Of a stretch of 64,000 nucleotides of DNA, positions 29,130 to 38,681 are shown piece after piece. Position 1 is the stretch's first letter; the number at the start of each line of letters is the position of its first letter. The notes under the pieces are model-generated. The model worked only from the letters and a program-made list of their open reading frames with translations, searched no databases and was not told where the DNA came from. The DNA is from a bacterium (lineage in GTDB: Bacteria; Orphanbacterota; Orphanbacteria; JBJXGV01), in contig JBJXGV010000063.1 of assembly GCA_046160485.1 (NCBI GenBank), positions 19,326 to 83,325 on the forward strand. The letters are read 5' to 3'. A program made the position numbers and the translations under genes.

Positions 29130-29602
29130 TGGCGATCGTCCTCACGACGGTTCTCATCGTCGCGTACGTGGCGCTCGCTGCGGCGGGAGTGATGGGATAC
29201 GCACTCGCATACGGCCGTGCGGACTTCGGGAGCCACTTTCATCCGGCGCTCGTCGCGACGCTTCTCGGAATCTTCGGGCACGCGATGACGATGTTTTATT
29301 TCATCGGCACGGGAAAAGCGATCAAGGATGTCGTTCGCGACGAGAAGCTCGACACGTCGATTCTCAAGGAGACGCGCCGCCAAAACATGGTGGCGTCCTC
29401 GTGGGCGACGTTCGCGACGTTGTGCCTCATGTTTCAATTCATCATCGGGGGCGGCGCGCACACGCGGGCTGTACCGGCGCGAGTCCACGAGGTGGCCTTC
29501 TTCGTCACGCTCATCGTGAGCGGACTCGCGACATACCGCGAGATTCGCCTGCTCTCCGAACAGAATGCGCTCGCAGACCGCGTCAACGCGATGGTTTCGT
29601 AA
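29129..29602 (+). CDS. small integral membrane protein (4 TM), uncharacterised
   Basis: GTG start overlapping the upstream TAG (TAGTG). Hydrophobic throughout. Confidence 0.5.
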   Translation: MAIVLTTVLIVAYVALAAAGVMGYALAYGRADFGSHFHPALVATLLGIFGHAMTMFYFIGTGKAIKDVVRDEKLDTSILKETRRQNMVASSWATFATLCLMFQFIIGGGAHTRAVPARVHEVAFFVTLIVSGLATYREIRLLSEQNALADRVNAMVS

Positions 29603-29624
29603 TCCTCAGAAGGAGTGATCTGTA

Positions 29625-31064
29625 ATGCTTGTGAAAACAGCGCAGGAGTTGGAATCGCTCGCCTCCGAGGCGATCGAGGCGGTGTCGGCGACGGACGTCA
29701 AGATCAAGAACGAGAGCGCGCTTCGCGGGAATGTGATCGATGCGATTGCATTGAACGCGGCGATCGGCGCGAACGACGAAGTGAAGAGTCACGCGCGCTG
29801 GTTGATACGCGCGTCGGCGCGAGCGCTGGGCATTCACCTCGCGTCGATCCAGGGTCTCTACGCCGCGATGGGGCGCGGCGACGTTCGCGGCGTCACCACG
29901 CCGGCGATCAACGTGCGCGGGCTCGCGTACGACACGTGCCGCGCCGTCTTCCGCGCCGCGCGCAAGATCGACGCGAGCGCGTTTCTCTTCGAGATCGCGC
30001 GCTCCGAAATCTCGTACACCGATCAGCGGCCCGTCGAGTACTCAGCGATCGTTCTCGCGGCCGCAATCCGCGAGGGCTGGAAGGGCGCCGTCTTCGTGCA
30101 GGGCGATCACTTCCAGATCAACGCGAAGAAGTACAAGGAGAACGCCGAGGCCGAGACCGCGAATGTCCGTAAGCTCATCGAAGAGGGCGTTGGCGCCGGC
30201 TTCTACAACATCGATGTCGACACGTCGACGCTCGTGGATCTCTCGCACGCGACTCTCAAAGAGCAGCAGCGCCTCAACTACGAGCTTGCGGCCGACTACA
30301 CCGCGCTCATCCGCAAGATCGAGCCGAAGGGGATCACGGTTTCGGTCGGCGCCGAGATCGGCGAGGTCGGCGGGAAGAACTCGACCGTCGAGGAATTCCT
30401 CGCGTTCATGGAAGGCTACGTCGAGGCTCTCGCGAAGAAGGCGCCGGGCGCGGCCGGCATCAGCAAGATTTCGATCCAAACCGGGACCTCGCACGGCGGA
30501 GTTCCGCTTCCGGACGGCACGATCGCGAAGGTCGCAATCGATTTCGACGCGCTCGTCGACATCGGCAAGATCGCGCAGAGCCGCTTCGGCCTCTCTGGCT
30601 CCGTGCAGCACGGCGCATCGACGCTTCCGGACGAAGTATTCGATCGCTTCCCGCAGTCGAATACGTCGGAAATCCACCTTGCGACGGGATTCCAGAACAT
30701 CCTCTTCGATCATGAGGCGCTTCCCGCGGCGATGAAGGAAAAGATGTACGCGTGGCTGCGCACGAGCTGCGCCGACGAAATGAAGGCGGGCCAGACGGAC
30801 GAACAGTTCTTCTACAAGACGCGGAAGAAGGCGCTCGGGCAGTTCAAGCGCGAGTTCCACGAGCTTCCGGCCGCGACGCGAGCGGCGATCGGCGCGACGC
30901 TCGAGGCGAAGTTCGACCTGCTCTTCAAGAAGCTCGGCGTGGCCGGGAGCCGCGCCGCCGTCGAGCGCTTCGTGAAGCTCGTCGACGTTCCGGTCGCGCA
31001 GGGTGGCGCGATGGCGGGCGCGCGTGGCCCCTCCGGCAAGGACGAAGCCGACAGCGGCGAGTAG
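29625..31064 (+). CDS. class II fructose/ketose-bisphosphate aldolase family protein (long form)
   Basis: QGDHF (His site), EIGEVGG, YNIDVDTS and GTSHGG segments comparable to E. coli FbaA LHTDH, ELGCTGGEEDG, MNIDTDT, FHGGSGS. 479 aa with C-terminal extension. Confidence 0.7.
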   Translation: MLVKTAQELESLASEAIEAVSATDVKIKNESALRGNVIDAIALNAAIGANDEVKSHARWLIRASARALGIHLASIQGLYAAMGRGDVRGVTTPAINVRGLAYDTCRAVFRAARKIDASAFLFEIARSEISYTDQRPVEYSAIVLAAAIREGWKGAVFVQGDHFQINAKKYKENAEAETANVRKLIEEGVGAGFYNIDVDTSTLVDLSHATLKEQQRLNYELAADYTALIRKIEPKGITVSVGAEIGEVGGKNSTVEEFLAFMEGYVEALAKKAPGAAGISKISIQTGTSHGGVPLPDGTIAKVAIDFDALVDIGKIAQSRFGLSGSVQHGASTLPDEVFDRFPQSNTSEIHLATGFQNILFDHEALPAAMKEKMYAWLRTSCADEMKAGQTDEQFFYKTRKKALGQFKREFHELPAATRAAIGATLEAKFDLLFKKLGVAGSRAAVERFVKLVDVPVAQGGAMAGARGPSGKDEADSGE

Positions 31065-31897
31065 TGCGACTTCCGTTCCGCATCGATAATTCCGACGGCC
31101 ACGCGATCCGCGGCGAGGTGCGCACGCCCCGCCGCGGGATCGACCGCGGCACGATCGTCTTCTGCCACGGTTTCAAAGGATTCTGGGACTGGGGCGGCTT
31201 CCCGTATTTCCTCGATGCCGCCACGGCGGCCGGGTTTTACGCGGTGGCGTTTAGCTTCAGCGGCTCCGGCGTGTCGGAAGGGGATCGCGTCGACGAGCCC
31301 GAGCGCTTCGCCGAGAACACCTACACGCGCCAAGTTCGGGATCTCGAGGAAGTCGTTCGCGCGCTGCGCGGGGGAGTACTTCCTCCGTTCGGGCGGAAAC
31401 CGGGGCGCATCGGGATCGTAGGGCATTCGATGGGCGGCGGCGTTGCGATCCTCTACGCTGCGAACGACCCGCAGATCGGTGCCCTCGTCACGTGGGCGTC
31501 GATCGCGACGGTCGAGCGTTATCCCGACGAAGTGGTCCGCGACTGGCGCGCCCGCGGCTGGACGCTCGTCACGAACGGCCGCACGGGCCAGGAACTCAAG
31601 ATGTCGACCGCGATCCTGGACGACATCGACGCGAACCGGGAGCGTCTCGACATCGTCGGGGCCGCGCGCCGGCTCGCGATGCCGGTTCTCATCGTCCACG
31701 GGCGGGCCGACGAATCGGTGCCGGTCGCCGAGGCGGCGACTCTCGCGGCCGCGGCGAGCGGGCGGGCCGAGCAACTCCTGCTCGACGGCGAAGGCCACAC
31801 GTTCGGCTCGACCCACCCGTTCCGAGGACCCTCGAACGGTTTCGACGTTGTCGTATCCGCAACCATTCGTTGGTTTGGAGCCCACCTCAGCGTCTGA
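31064..31897 (+). CDS. alpha/beta hydrolase
   Basis: GTG overlapping the upstream TAG (TAGTG). GHSMGG nucleophile elbow. HG oxyanion region FCHGFKG. Confidence 0.75.
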   Translation: MRLPFRIDNSDGHAIRGEVRTPRRGIDRGTIVFCHGFKGFWDWGGFPYFLDAATAAGFYAVAFSFSGSGVSEGDRVDEPERFAENTYTRQVRDLEEVVRALRGGVLPPFGRKPGRIGIVGHSMGGGVAILYAANDPQIGALVTWASIATVERYPDEVVRDWRARGWTLVTNGRTGQELKMSTAILDDIDANRERLDIVGAARRLAMPVLIVHGRADESVPVAEAATLAAAASGRAEQLLLDGEGHTFGSTHPFRGPSNGFDVVVSATIRWFGAHLSV

Positions 31898-32178
31898 CGC
31901 GGTGTCCCGTCACATTGTCTTCTGTTCGCTGACAAATCGGCGAACTTACACGGAGCCTCGCGCAATCCCGAGTTGTTCGCGTTGCGCGCACACGCGCACA
32001 CGCGCTTACGGCTGCACCCGTTGTGGCATGCGCCTTGCCGATGCGTTGTCGTAAGACCCGGTGAAGTCGCGGGAACCCACGAAAAGAACCCGGAAACTCG
32101 CGACGAGCAACGGGAACTTCAAAGGTACCGAAGGGGTAGTTGGAGCACATAAACCCCAGAACAAGGAGCGATCAGCAA

Positions 32179-33123
32179 ATGGTAGGTGCAGCGGCGGCCA
32201 TGCGGGTTCAGGAAGAACGCGAAGACGCGATCGAAACGAAGCGCGCCCCCAAGGTTGACACCGTCCCGAGCGTTGTTAAGAACGACAATTCCGACATCGG
32301 TTCGCTCGGCATTTATTTCAGAGACATCGGCCGGATCAACCTGCTCACGAAGGAAGAAGAGGTTCAGCTCGCACGGCGGGTTCGCCGGGGCGACTCCGAG
32401 GCGCTCACGCGTCTCGTCACGGCGAACCTGCGTTTCGTAGTCAGCGTCGCCAAGCGCTACGTCGGCCTCGGTCTCTCGCTCGAAGATCTCGTGGCCGAGG
32501 GCAACGTCGGCATCATTCGCGCGGCGCGGAAGTTCGACGACCGCCGAGGCGTACGGTTCCTCTCGTACGGCGTCTGGTGGATCAAGCAGGCGATGCTTCA
32601 GGCGCTCGCGGAGCAGGTGCCCGTCGTGCGAATCCCGCTTAATCGCAATGGCCTCATGCACAAGCTTCAGAAGACCGCTGACCAGCTCCGCAAGGCGCTC
32701 GAACGCGAGCCGACGTACTCCGAAATTGCGAAGGCCGTTTCGCTCTCGGAAGACGAGGTCGCGAATACCATGGAGCTGACGCGCAGCTACCTGTCGCTCG
32801 ACGGCGGCCCCGAGAGCGACGACGACGCGGTCGGACTCATGGAGTTCATCGAGGACTCTTCGGCGGTGTCCCCGGACGAACGCGTGGCGCGCGCGAATCT
32901 GCGCGAGGATCTCATGGCGGCGATCGACGAACTCCCCCCGCGCGAGGCCGAGGTGCTGCGGCTCTACTACGGCTTCGGGCTCCGCGAGGGAAAGACCCTC
33001 GAAGAGATCGGCGATCGGTTCCACCTTTCGCGCGAACGCATTCGTCAGATCAAGGAAGTGGCGATTCGGCGCCTTCGCGGCGGCGCGAAGGGACAAGCGC
33101 TCGAGTCGTATCTCGCCGGCTAA
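32179..33123 (+). CDS. RNA polymerase sigma-70 family factor, paralog of 21037..21897
   Basis: ATG with AGGAG RBS. TANLRFVVSVAKRY, GNVGIIRAARKFD, LPPREAEVLRLYYG. Alternative TTG start at 32140. Confidence 0.8.
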   Translation: MVGAAAAMRVQEEREDAIETKRAPKVDTVPSVVKNDNSDIGSLGIYFRDIGRINLLTKEEEVQLARRVRRGDSEALTRLVTANLRFVVSVAKRYVGLGLSLEDLVAEGNVGIIRAARKFDDRRGVRFLSYGVWWIKQAMLQALAEQVPVVRIPLNRNGLMHKLQKTADQLRKALEREPTYSEIAKAVSLSEDEVANTMELTRSYLSLDGGPESDDDAVGLMEFIEDSSAVSPDERVARANLREDLMAAIDELPPREAEVLRLYYGFGLREGKTLEEIGDRFHLSRERIRQIKEVAIRRLRGGAKGQALESYLAG

Positions 33124-34157
33124 CGAAGCGGGACGCCGCGCCCGCGACCGGTATGGCCAGCACCGGTAAGTTCGATCAGATACTCGACGCCCGCTTCGAT
33201 CGGAGCGGGCGTTCGTGCAAGAGGTGCGCACGCCCGCGCGCCGTCCGGAACGCGCGCGAACGTGACGGGCGGAAGAAAACCCTCCGGCGAAACGATCTCC
33301 CATCGTAGGTTGCCTTCCGCGAAGAACTGCGTGGAGATCGAGAGGCGCCGAACACGTACGGAATCAGGGCTCCACGCGATGCGAACGCTATCGCCGGATT
33401 CGAACCAAGTGGTCAACGAATCCGGCGTGTTCGTTTCGAGCGGGCTCGCCGGATCGAGGCGGACCGCCCGCGGCGTGCTCCACGCGAGGCGATGAACTCC
33501 CGCGGGAATGACGCGGCGAAGCGGCGCGTCGGGGCGAAACGAATCGACCGGCGCCGAAAGCGCAAGCACGCTGATACTCGCGTCGTTCGATGACAGCCGC
33601 GGCACGGGGATGATCGCCAAACTGCCCTGCGCGTCGCGCGAGCCGAACGCCGCGGTTTCTCCGCCCGCACCATCGACGACGACCCACGCTCCGCCCGCGC
33701 CCGTGAATCGACTCCACTCGATTTCGATCGATCCGCATCCGGTAAGGTCGGCGTTCTCCAACGGCCCAAGAATTCGCGGCCGCTCGGGCACCAGGAGCGT
33801 GTCGCGCTGCGCGAAACTCGGCAGCCGGACCGCGAAGGCCAGCGACTCGAACGGCTGCAACTCGAACGGCGGCGGTAGCTCGTAAAAGTCGCCCCGATCG
33901 GTGAGCGTCGCGCCGTTGGCCGTGACGATCGCATCGCCGATGGGCGCGCCGTCGTGGACCACACTCACGCGTATCGCGTCGCCGTCGGGCCAACCCGCGC
34001 GGCCCGCGTTCCCCGCGATCACCAGAATCCCGACGTCGAATCGATCCGAAGCGCCGGGGCCATCGACGTCAGAGTCCGCGCAACCCGCAAAGAATCCAGG
34101 CGCGGCGAGGATCGCGGCGATCGTGAAGGCGCGTGCGGCGTCTCTAGTGCAGCGCAT
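33120..34157 (-). CDS. hypothetical lipoprotein
   Basis: 345 aa. Signal peptide plus FFAGC lipobox. Confidence 0.5.
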   Translation of the reverse strand: MRCTRDAARAFTIAAILAAPGFFAGCADSDVDGPGASDRFDVGILVIAGNAGRAGWPDGDAIRVSVVHDGAPIGDAIVTANGATLTDRGDFYELPPPFELQPFESLAFAVRLPSFAQRDTLLVPERPRILGPLENADLTGCGSIEIEWSRFTGAGGAWVVVDGAGGETAAFGSRDAQGSLAIIPVPRLSSNDASISVLALSAPVDSFRPDAPLRRVIPAGVHRLAWSTPRAVRLDPASPLETNTPDSLTTWFESGDSVRIAWSPDSVRVRRLSISTQFFAEGNLRWEIVSPEGFLPPVTFARVPDGARACAPLARTPAPIEAGVEYLIELTGAGHTGRGRGVPLR

Positions 34158-35250
34158 CGGATGAATCAGGCCGAGGTGTGTCGACTCGCGCGGGCGGCAG
34201 GGTGGGCTGCTCCGGCTCGGCGAGTATCGTCACGAGCGCGAGGGCGATTGCTCGAGCGGCGACAGCGTGGCCGCGCGATCGCCAGTGTCCGTCGAACTGG
34301 TAGCGCACGGGCCCCGGATCCGCGGCGAGAGCGGGCACGATATCGAGAAACGGAATCCCGAGTTCCGAGCAGATGAGCGCGAGGTTCTTCGTCATCTCCG
34401 CGCCCGACGTTGTGCCCTGGACAACGAGAAGTCGCCCGCCGGTGTCCGCGACGCGATCCCGCAAGCGTGCGATCGCGAGCCTGGTGATACGCCACGCGGG
34501 CGCGCCGGAGTCGCCGCCGGCGCTCTTCGCGTCGAGATCACCCGTTCCGCGCGCGGGGTTTCGTGTGTTTCGCGCCGCGACCAACCGTTCCGCGCGAAAC
34601 CGCAAAAACCGGTAGACGTGAAGATTCTGTTTCGCCCAATCGACGGAAGCGCGCCAGATGCGCGCCGTGTCGCTTAGGCGATGCTCGTGGAACTCCAACG
34701 CGCCATCACGCAGTGTGTAGAGTCGCGCGTCGTTCTCGACGTTATCCGCCGGATCGTTCTGAACGAAGAGATAGATCACGACGTCGGGGTGAAACTTGGC
34801 TCCAAGCGATTCGAATCGAATCGTGGACGCGACCGTGCCGAACCCGCTCACTCCGAAATTGAGTACCTCGACAGGCTGCTCGCGCAGGTTTGCGGCCATG
34901 AGGCGCTCGAGCGTTTGCGCGAGCGTGCTGTCGAACGGAACTTCCTTCGCCTCGGCGAAAGAATCGCCGACGAGCGCAACTCGGAGCGCACCGGATCCAT
35001 TCTCGATCGACCGCTCCCGATCGCGCATCCCAAAGCTGTTGTACTCGACCGGCACGGCAAACTCTTCGCGTTGGTACGTGAATCGCGCGCCGGGAATCGG
35101 CTCGTACCATGTGGCGGGCGAGAATCGATAGCGGAACGCGGGCTGCGGATCAGCGATGCGCACCGCGACTTCCATGGCCGCGATCACGGCGAAGAGTGCC
35201 GCTAACGCAAGTCCGATGCTCGCGAGGCGGGCGCCGCCGGAGGGTTTCAC
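34144..35250 (-). CDS. SGNH/GDSL-type hydrolase, membrane-anchored
   Basis: N-terminal TM. VALVGDSF (GDS block) and a later DGHW block. Confidence 0.6.
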   Translation of the reverse strand: MKPSGGARLASIGLALAALFAVIAAMEVAVRIADPQPAFRYRFSPATWYEPIPGARFTYQREEFAVPVEYNSFGMRDRERSIENGSGALRVALVGDSFAEAKEVPFDSTLAQTLERLMAANLREQPVEVLNFGVSGFGTVASTIRFESLGAKFHPDVVIYLFVQNDPADNVENDARLYTLRDGALEFHEHRLSDTARIWRASVDWAKQNLHVYRFLRFRAERLVAARNTRNPARGTGDLDAKSAGGDSGAPAWRITRLAIARLRDRVADTGGRLLVVQGTTSGAEMTKNLALICSELGIPFLDIVPALAADPGPVRYQFDGHWRSRGHAVAARAIALALVTILAEPEQPTLPPARVDTPRPDSSDALH

Positions 35251-35290
35251 GTGTCGTCGCTGCGGCGCGTTGTGTCACTCGCGAGGCTCA

Positions 35291-35953
35291 TCATTTCTCG
35301 GCGAGGACGAACATGCGGTACTTGCTGCGTTCGATGTTGGCGGCGAAATCGAGGAGCGGATACGCAGGCGCCGCGGACTGCTCGAAGAGCCGCTTGAGCC
35401 GTCGCAGACCCGGCGTGTGCGCCATGCGCGCGAAGAACGTGTGAAAGCGAATCCCGGCGTTCCAGAATGACTCGAATCGAACGCCGCGCCCTTCGAAGAG
35501 AGGAATGATCTCCTCGGGGCGCGGCAGGCCGAACCGAATGTGTTCGTCGAGCCAGTCGGGCGCCGCCTCGCCGCGGCGCGCGAACTCCGCGTGCCAGCGC
35601 GAGTCGGACGCGTGCGCGCGTTCGCCGCACGGACATCCGAGGACGAGCTCGCGTCGCGTGATGCGGAGCATCTCCGCGATCGCGCGCGGCCGCATTTCTC
35701 GCGGCACATGCTCGAGAAAATCGATAGCGATCACGAGGTCGTACGACGCATCGGGCAGCCTGTTGTCGAAGAAATCCGTGCCGACCGGAATCAGGCGCGG
35801 GTGAAGCCCCTCGCCCGCGAGGAGAGGATCGATCGCGTGAATGCGCCGCCGCGTGTACGAGCAGATCCCCGTCGTGCCGCTGCCGATTTCGAGAACGGAC
35901 TCGTGGGATCGAAGCCGCCGGAGCGCCGGGATGTAGCGGATCAGTTCATCCAC
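35291..35953 (-). CDS. class I SAM-dependent methyltransferase
   Basis: VLEIGSGTTG motif I, DLVIAIDFLEH motif II-III. Start chosen at an in-frame GTG (VDELIRY...). The ORF-track extension to 36325 is Arg-rich and overlaps the PTPS gene, so is likely spurious. Start is uncertain. Confidence 0.6.
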   Translation of the reverse strand: MDELIRYIPALRRLRSHESVLEIGSGTTGICSYTRRRIHAIDPLLAGEGLHPRLIPVGTDFFDNRLPDASYDLVIAIDFLEHVPREMRPRAIAEMLRITRRELVLGCPCGERAHASDSRWHAEFARRGEAAPDWLDEHIRFGLPRPEEIIPLFEGRGVRFESFWNAGIRFHTFFARMAHTPGLRRLKRLFEQSAAPAYPLLDFAANIERSKYRMFVLAEK

Positions 35954-36127
35954 GAGCGGGGGCTTCTTTGGGCTGCGAATCGTGACGCACGGAGGCCATG
36001 ATACTCCATATCGGAATGGATTCGATGGAAGCGGAGACGAGATCGGCAGTACACTCGCGCGGTTGCAGGAGCGACGCGGCGTCTGCGCCGCGCGACGCGG
36101 AGCCCGCGAGATTTCAGCGAGGAGTCG

Positions 36128-36481
36128 ATGAGGGTCGCGAAAGAGTTTCGGTTCGAGGCGGCGCACGCGCTTCGGAACTACATGGGTTCCGACGAACCGG
36201 TGCATGGCCACTCGTGGCGCCTCCGCGTGACGCTCTCCGCGCCGGTCGCCGCGAACGGGCTCGCGTTCGATTTCGTCGAACTCGATCGCGTCGTGCGCGA
36301 ACGCGTTATCGCGCCGCTCGACCACACCGACTTAAGCGCGCGCTTCGAACAGCCCTCGACGGAACGCGTCGCGCAGTGGATCTGGAGAACACTCTCGGAT
36401 CTTCCGCTCTTCGAGGTCGCGCTGTGGGAAGGCCCCGACGCGTGGGTCGCCTACCGCGGCGAGGAGGACACGGCTAAGTGA
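36128..36481 (+). CDS. 6-pyruvoyltetrahydropterin synthase family protein (QueD/PTPS fold) with Glu-containing active-site variant (PTPS-III-like)
   Basis: EFRFEAAHAL ... DEPVHGHSW: the HGH zinc motif is present, but the position of the catalytic Cys of QueD (KCGRLHGH in E. coli) is Asp-Glu. Confidence 0.75.
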   Translation: MRVAKEFRFEAAHALRNYMGSDEPVHGHSWRLRVTLSAPVAANGLAFDFVELDRVVRERVIAPLDHTDLSARFEQPSTERVAQWIWRTLSDLPLFEVALWEGPDAWVAYRGEEDTAK

Positions 36482-36768
36482 ACGCACCGAATAATCGGCG
36501 AGACATTCCCGGTCCCGCGCCGGCGACGGCGCCCTCGGAAGTGTTTCAGGGCGAAGAAATCGATGAAACGTTCGACGGGCGCCTCAAGCAAGCGATCGTG
36601 CGGCATTTCCGGTACGCGTGGCGCGAGTTGATCGCGCTGCGCGGCACGCTTCGCGCCGAGAAGAGCGCCAGCGCGCGCGAGTTTCACCGCTCCGGCGACG
36701 AGCCCCCCCCGGCGGAAACGCTCGACGCGGGTGAATCGGGCCCCTCCGCGCCGGGCGCGGGGGCCTAG
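36478..36768 (+). CDS. hypothetical small protein (96 aa), weak call
   Basis: GTG overlapping the upstream stop, and fills the gap exactly to the next gene. No motif. Could be non-coding. Confidence 0.25.
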   Translation: MNAPNNRRDIPGPAPATAPSEVFQGEEIDETFDGRLKQAIVRHFRYAWRELIALRGTLRAEKSASAREFHRSGDEPPPAETLDAGESGPSAPGAGA

Positions 36769-36781
36769 GGCCGAGGCGCAC

Positions 36782-37582
36782 GTGCTGACGCTGATCCTCT
36801 CGCTCGAGCAACTGTCGTTCGGGTCGCTTCTGGCGATCGCGCCGCTTGCGTTGCGCGATCTTCCCGGCGGATTTCCATCGCTCATCGCGCACCTTGCCGC
36901 GGTCTTCTGGGGAATCGCCGGCGCCGTCGCGCTGCGCCTTCCTCCCGGCCAAGGCGGCGAGGCCGCTCCCGTACTCTTCGCGCTCGGCGGCGCCTCGCTC
37001 CTCTTCGCGCGCCTTGCGCTCTGGTCGCGGCACCGAATGGCCACGGCACTCTTGATCGCAATTCTCGCCGCCGGCGCGTGGGTCCTCGTCGCCGACGCGG
37101 CGCGCCTCGCCGCGCGTCTTTCCGAATCGCTGCCGCCGTCGCTCGTCGCCGCCAGCCTCTTCGCGTCGGCGCTCGTTCTCGGATCGGCGCTATCGACAAT
37201 GATTCTGGGCCACTGGTATTTGATTCCGCCGCCGCTGCCGTTCACGCACTTGATTCGCGGCTCCATCGTCTTTCTCGTCGCGTGCGGATTGCGCGCGCTT
37301 GTGACGGTCGTCTGCATCGTGTTCCTCGTCCGCGGCGTCGATCCAGCGATCAGCGAGTCGTTCGCGCGTCTCTTGCGGGTCGAAGGTGATCTCATCTTTT
37401 TCATGCTTCGCGTTTTTTGGGGAATCCTCGGCCCGGTGATTCTCTCGGTTCTCGTCCTGCGCACGGCGCGCCTCCACTCCAATCAGTCGGCGACGGGCTT
37501 GCTCTACGTCTCCTGCGTCTTCGTCCTCATCGGCGAACTTCTCGCGAATTTTCTCCTCGTCGAGAGTTCGCTCCCTTTGTAG
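36782..37582 (+). CDS. integral membrane protein (6-7 TM), uncharacterised
   Basis: Hydrophobic helices throughout. Start is uncertain (GTG 36782 or 36731). Confidence 0.5.
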   Translation: MLTLILSLEQLSFGSLLAIAPLALRDLPGGFPSLIAHLAAVFWGIAGAVALRLPPGQGGEAAPVLFALGGASLLFARLALWSRHRMATALLIAILAAGAWVLVADAARLAARLSESLPPSLVAASLFASALVLGSALSTMILGHWYLIPPPLPFTHLIRGSIVFLVACGLRALVTVVCIVFLVRGVDPAISESFARLLRVEGDLIFFMLRVFWGILGPVILSVLVLRTARLHSNQSATGLLYVSCVFVLIGELLANFLLVESSLPL

Positions 37583-37583
37583 C

Positions 37584-38027
37584 TTGTCCGGGTTGGAGGT
37601 TCGTTACGCCTGTGCGAAGTGCCGGGCGCCCGCGGCGGTACCGATCGGCCGCGCGGTCACCGAGCACCGTTGCGCGGCGTGCGGCGACGTCGCCCCTCTG
37701 CGATTCTCAGAGAGCCTACTCGAGAAGGGCGTCGCGGATCGCTGTGCGCTCTGCACGAGCGAGCACTTCTACATTCAGAAGGATTTTGATCAGCGTATCG
37801 GTTGTCTCGTCGTCGCCATCGGCGCGGTGTTCGTGCCGTGGACGTACGGCCTTTCACTCGGGGTCTGCGCGCTCATCGACTGGTTTCTCTACATGCGGCT
37901 CCCAAACGTGGCGAAATGCTACATCTGCAAGGCGACGTATGTTGGGGGCACCATGAACGCGGAACACACGGGGTTCGACCTTCACATGCTGGAGAAGTAC
38001 GAAGCGGAGGCGCGGAGAAAAGGATGA
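37584..38027 (+). CDS. double zinc-ribbon membrane protein
   Basis: TTG start. CAKC...CAAC and CALC...CYIC pairs flanking a TM helix. ATGA overlap with folE. Confidence 0.45.
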   Translation: MSGLEVRYACAKCRAPAAVPIGRAVTEHRCAACGDVAPLRFSESLLEKGVADRCALCTSEHFYIQKDFDQRIGCLVVAIGAVFVPWTYGLSLGVCALIDWFLYMRLPNVAKCYICKATYVGGTMNAEHTGFDLHMLEKYEAEARRKG

Positions 38028-38623
38028 AACGAGGCAGCGTAACGAAGCGAAAAGGGGCGAAGTTCCATGGAGGGATCGCGCCGCGCGTGGGCGAGATGTT
38101 GAGTCTCCTCGGGGAGGACCCAAATCGCGAGGGGCTTCTTAAGACCCCCGACCGCGTGGAGAAGTCGCTCCACTTTCTCACGAGCGGTTATCGCCAAAAG
38201 ATCGGCGACATCATCAATGGAGCGGTCTTCGAGGAGGTGTGCGACGAGATGGTCGTCGTGCGGGACATCGATCTCTTCAGTCTCTGCGAACATCACCTCC
38301 TGCCGTTCTACGGGAAAGCGCACGTGGCGTATCTGCCCGACGGGAAGATCATCGGGCTGTCGAAGATTCCGCGCATCGTCGAAATGTTCGCGCGGCGCCT
38401 TCAAGTGCAGGAGCGCCTCACGACGCAGATCGCCGAGTGCATCGAAGCGCATTTGCACCCGCGCGGCGTCGGCGTCGTGATCGAGGCGTACCACCTCTGC
38501 ATGGCGATGCGCGGCGTCCAAAAGCTCAACGCGTTTGCGACGACGAGCGCGATGCTCGGCGCATTCCGGCAAGATCGCGGAACGCGCGCGGAGTTCCTCA
38601 ACTTCTTAAGCGCGCGCCGCTAG
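38024..38623 (+). CDS. folE: GTP cyclohydrolase I
   Basis: 199 aa. CEHHLLPF and HLCMAMRGV signatures. Confidence 0.9.
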   Translation: MKRGSVTKRKGAKFHGGIAPRVGEMLSLLGEDPNREGLLKTPDRVEKSLHFLTSGYRQKIGDIINGAVFEEVCDEMVVVRDIDLFSLCEHHLLPFYGKAHVAYLPDGKIIGLSKIPRIVEMFARRLQVQERLTTQIAECIEAHLHPRGVGVVIEAYHLCMAMRGVQKLNAFATTSAMLGAFRQDRGTRAEFLNFLSARR

Positions 38624-38681
38624 CAGCGCGGTCGAACGCGCGCGCGGCGTTGCGCCGAGAGCGGATGGAGAGCGGCATTCC

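Noticed and set aside
35954-36325. N-terminal 124 aa of the minus-strand methyltransferase ORF
   Set aside because: It is Arg-rich with no motif, and overlaps the well-supported PTPS gene on the opposite strand. An internal GTG gives a normal-length class I MTase.
36128-36481. Calling the QueD homolog a queuosine (preQ0) gene with folE as its partner
   Set aside because: The catalytic Cys position is Asp-Glu (PTPS-III-like), and neighbours are folate/pterin-type (DHPS-like) rather than queC/queE. The folate bypass is therefore favoured, though not proven.
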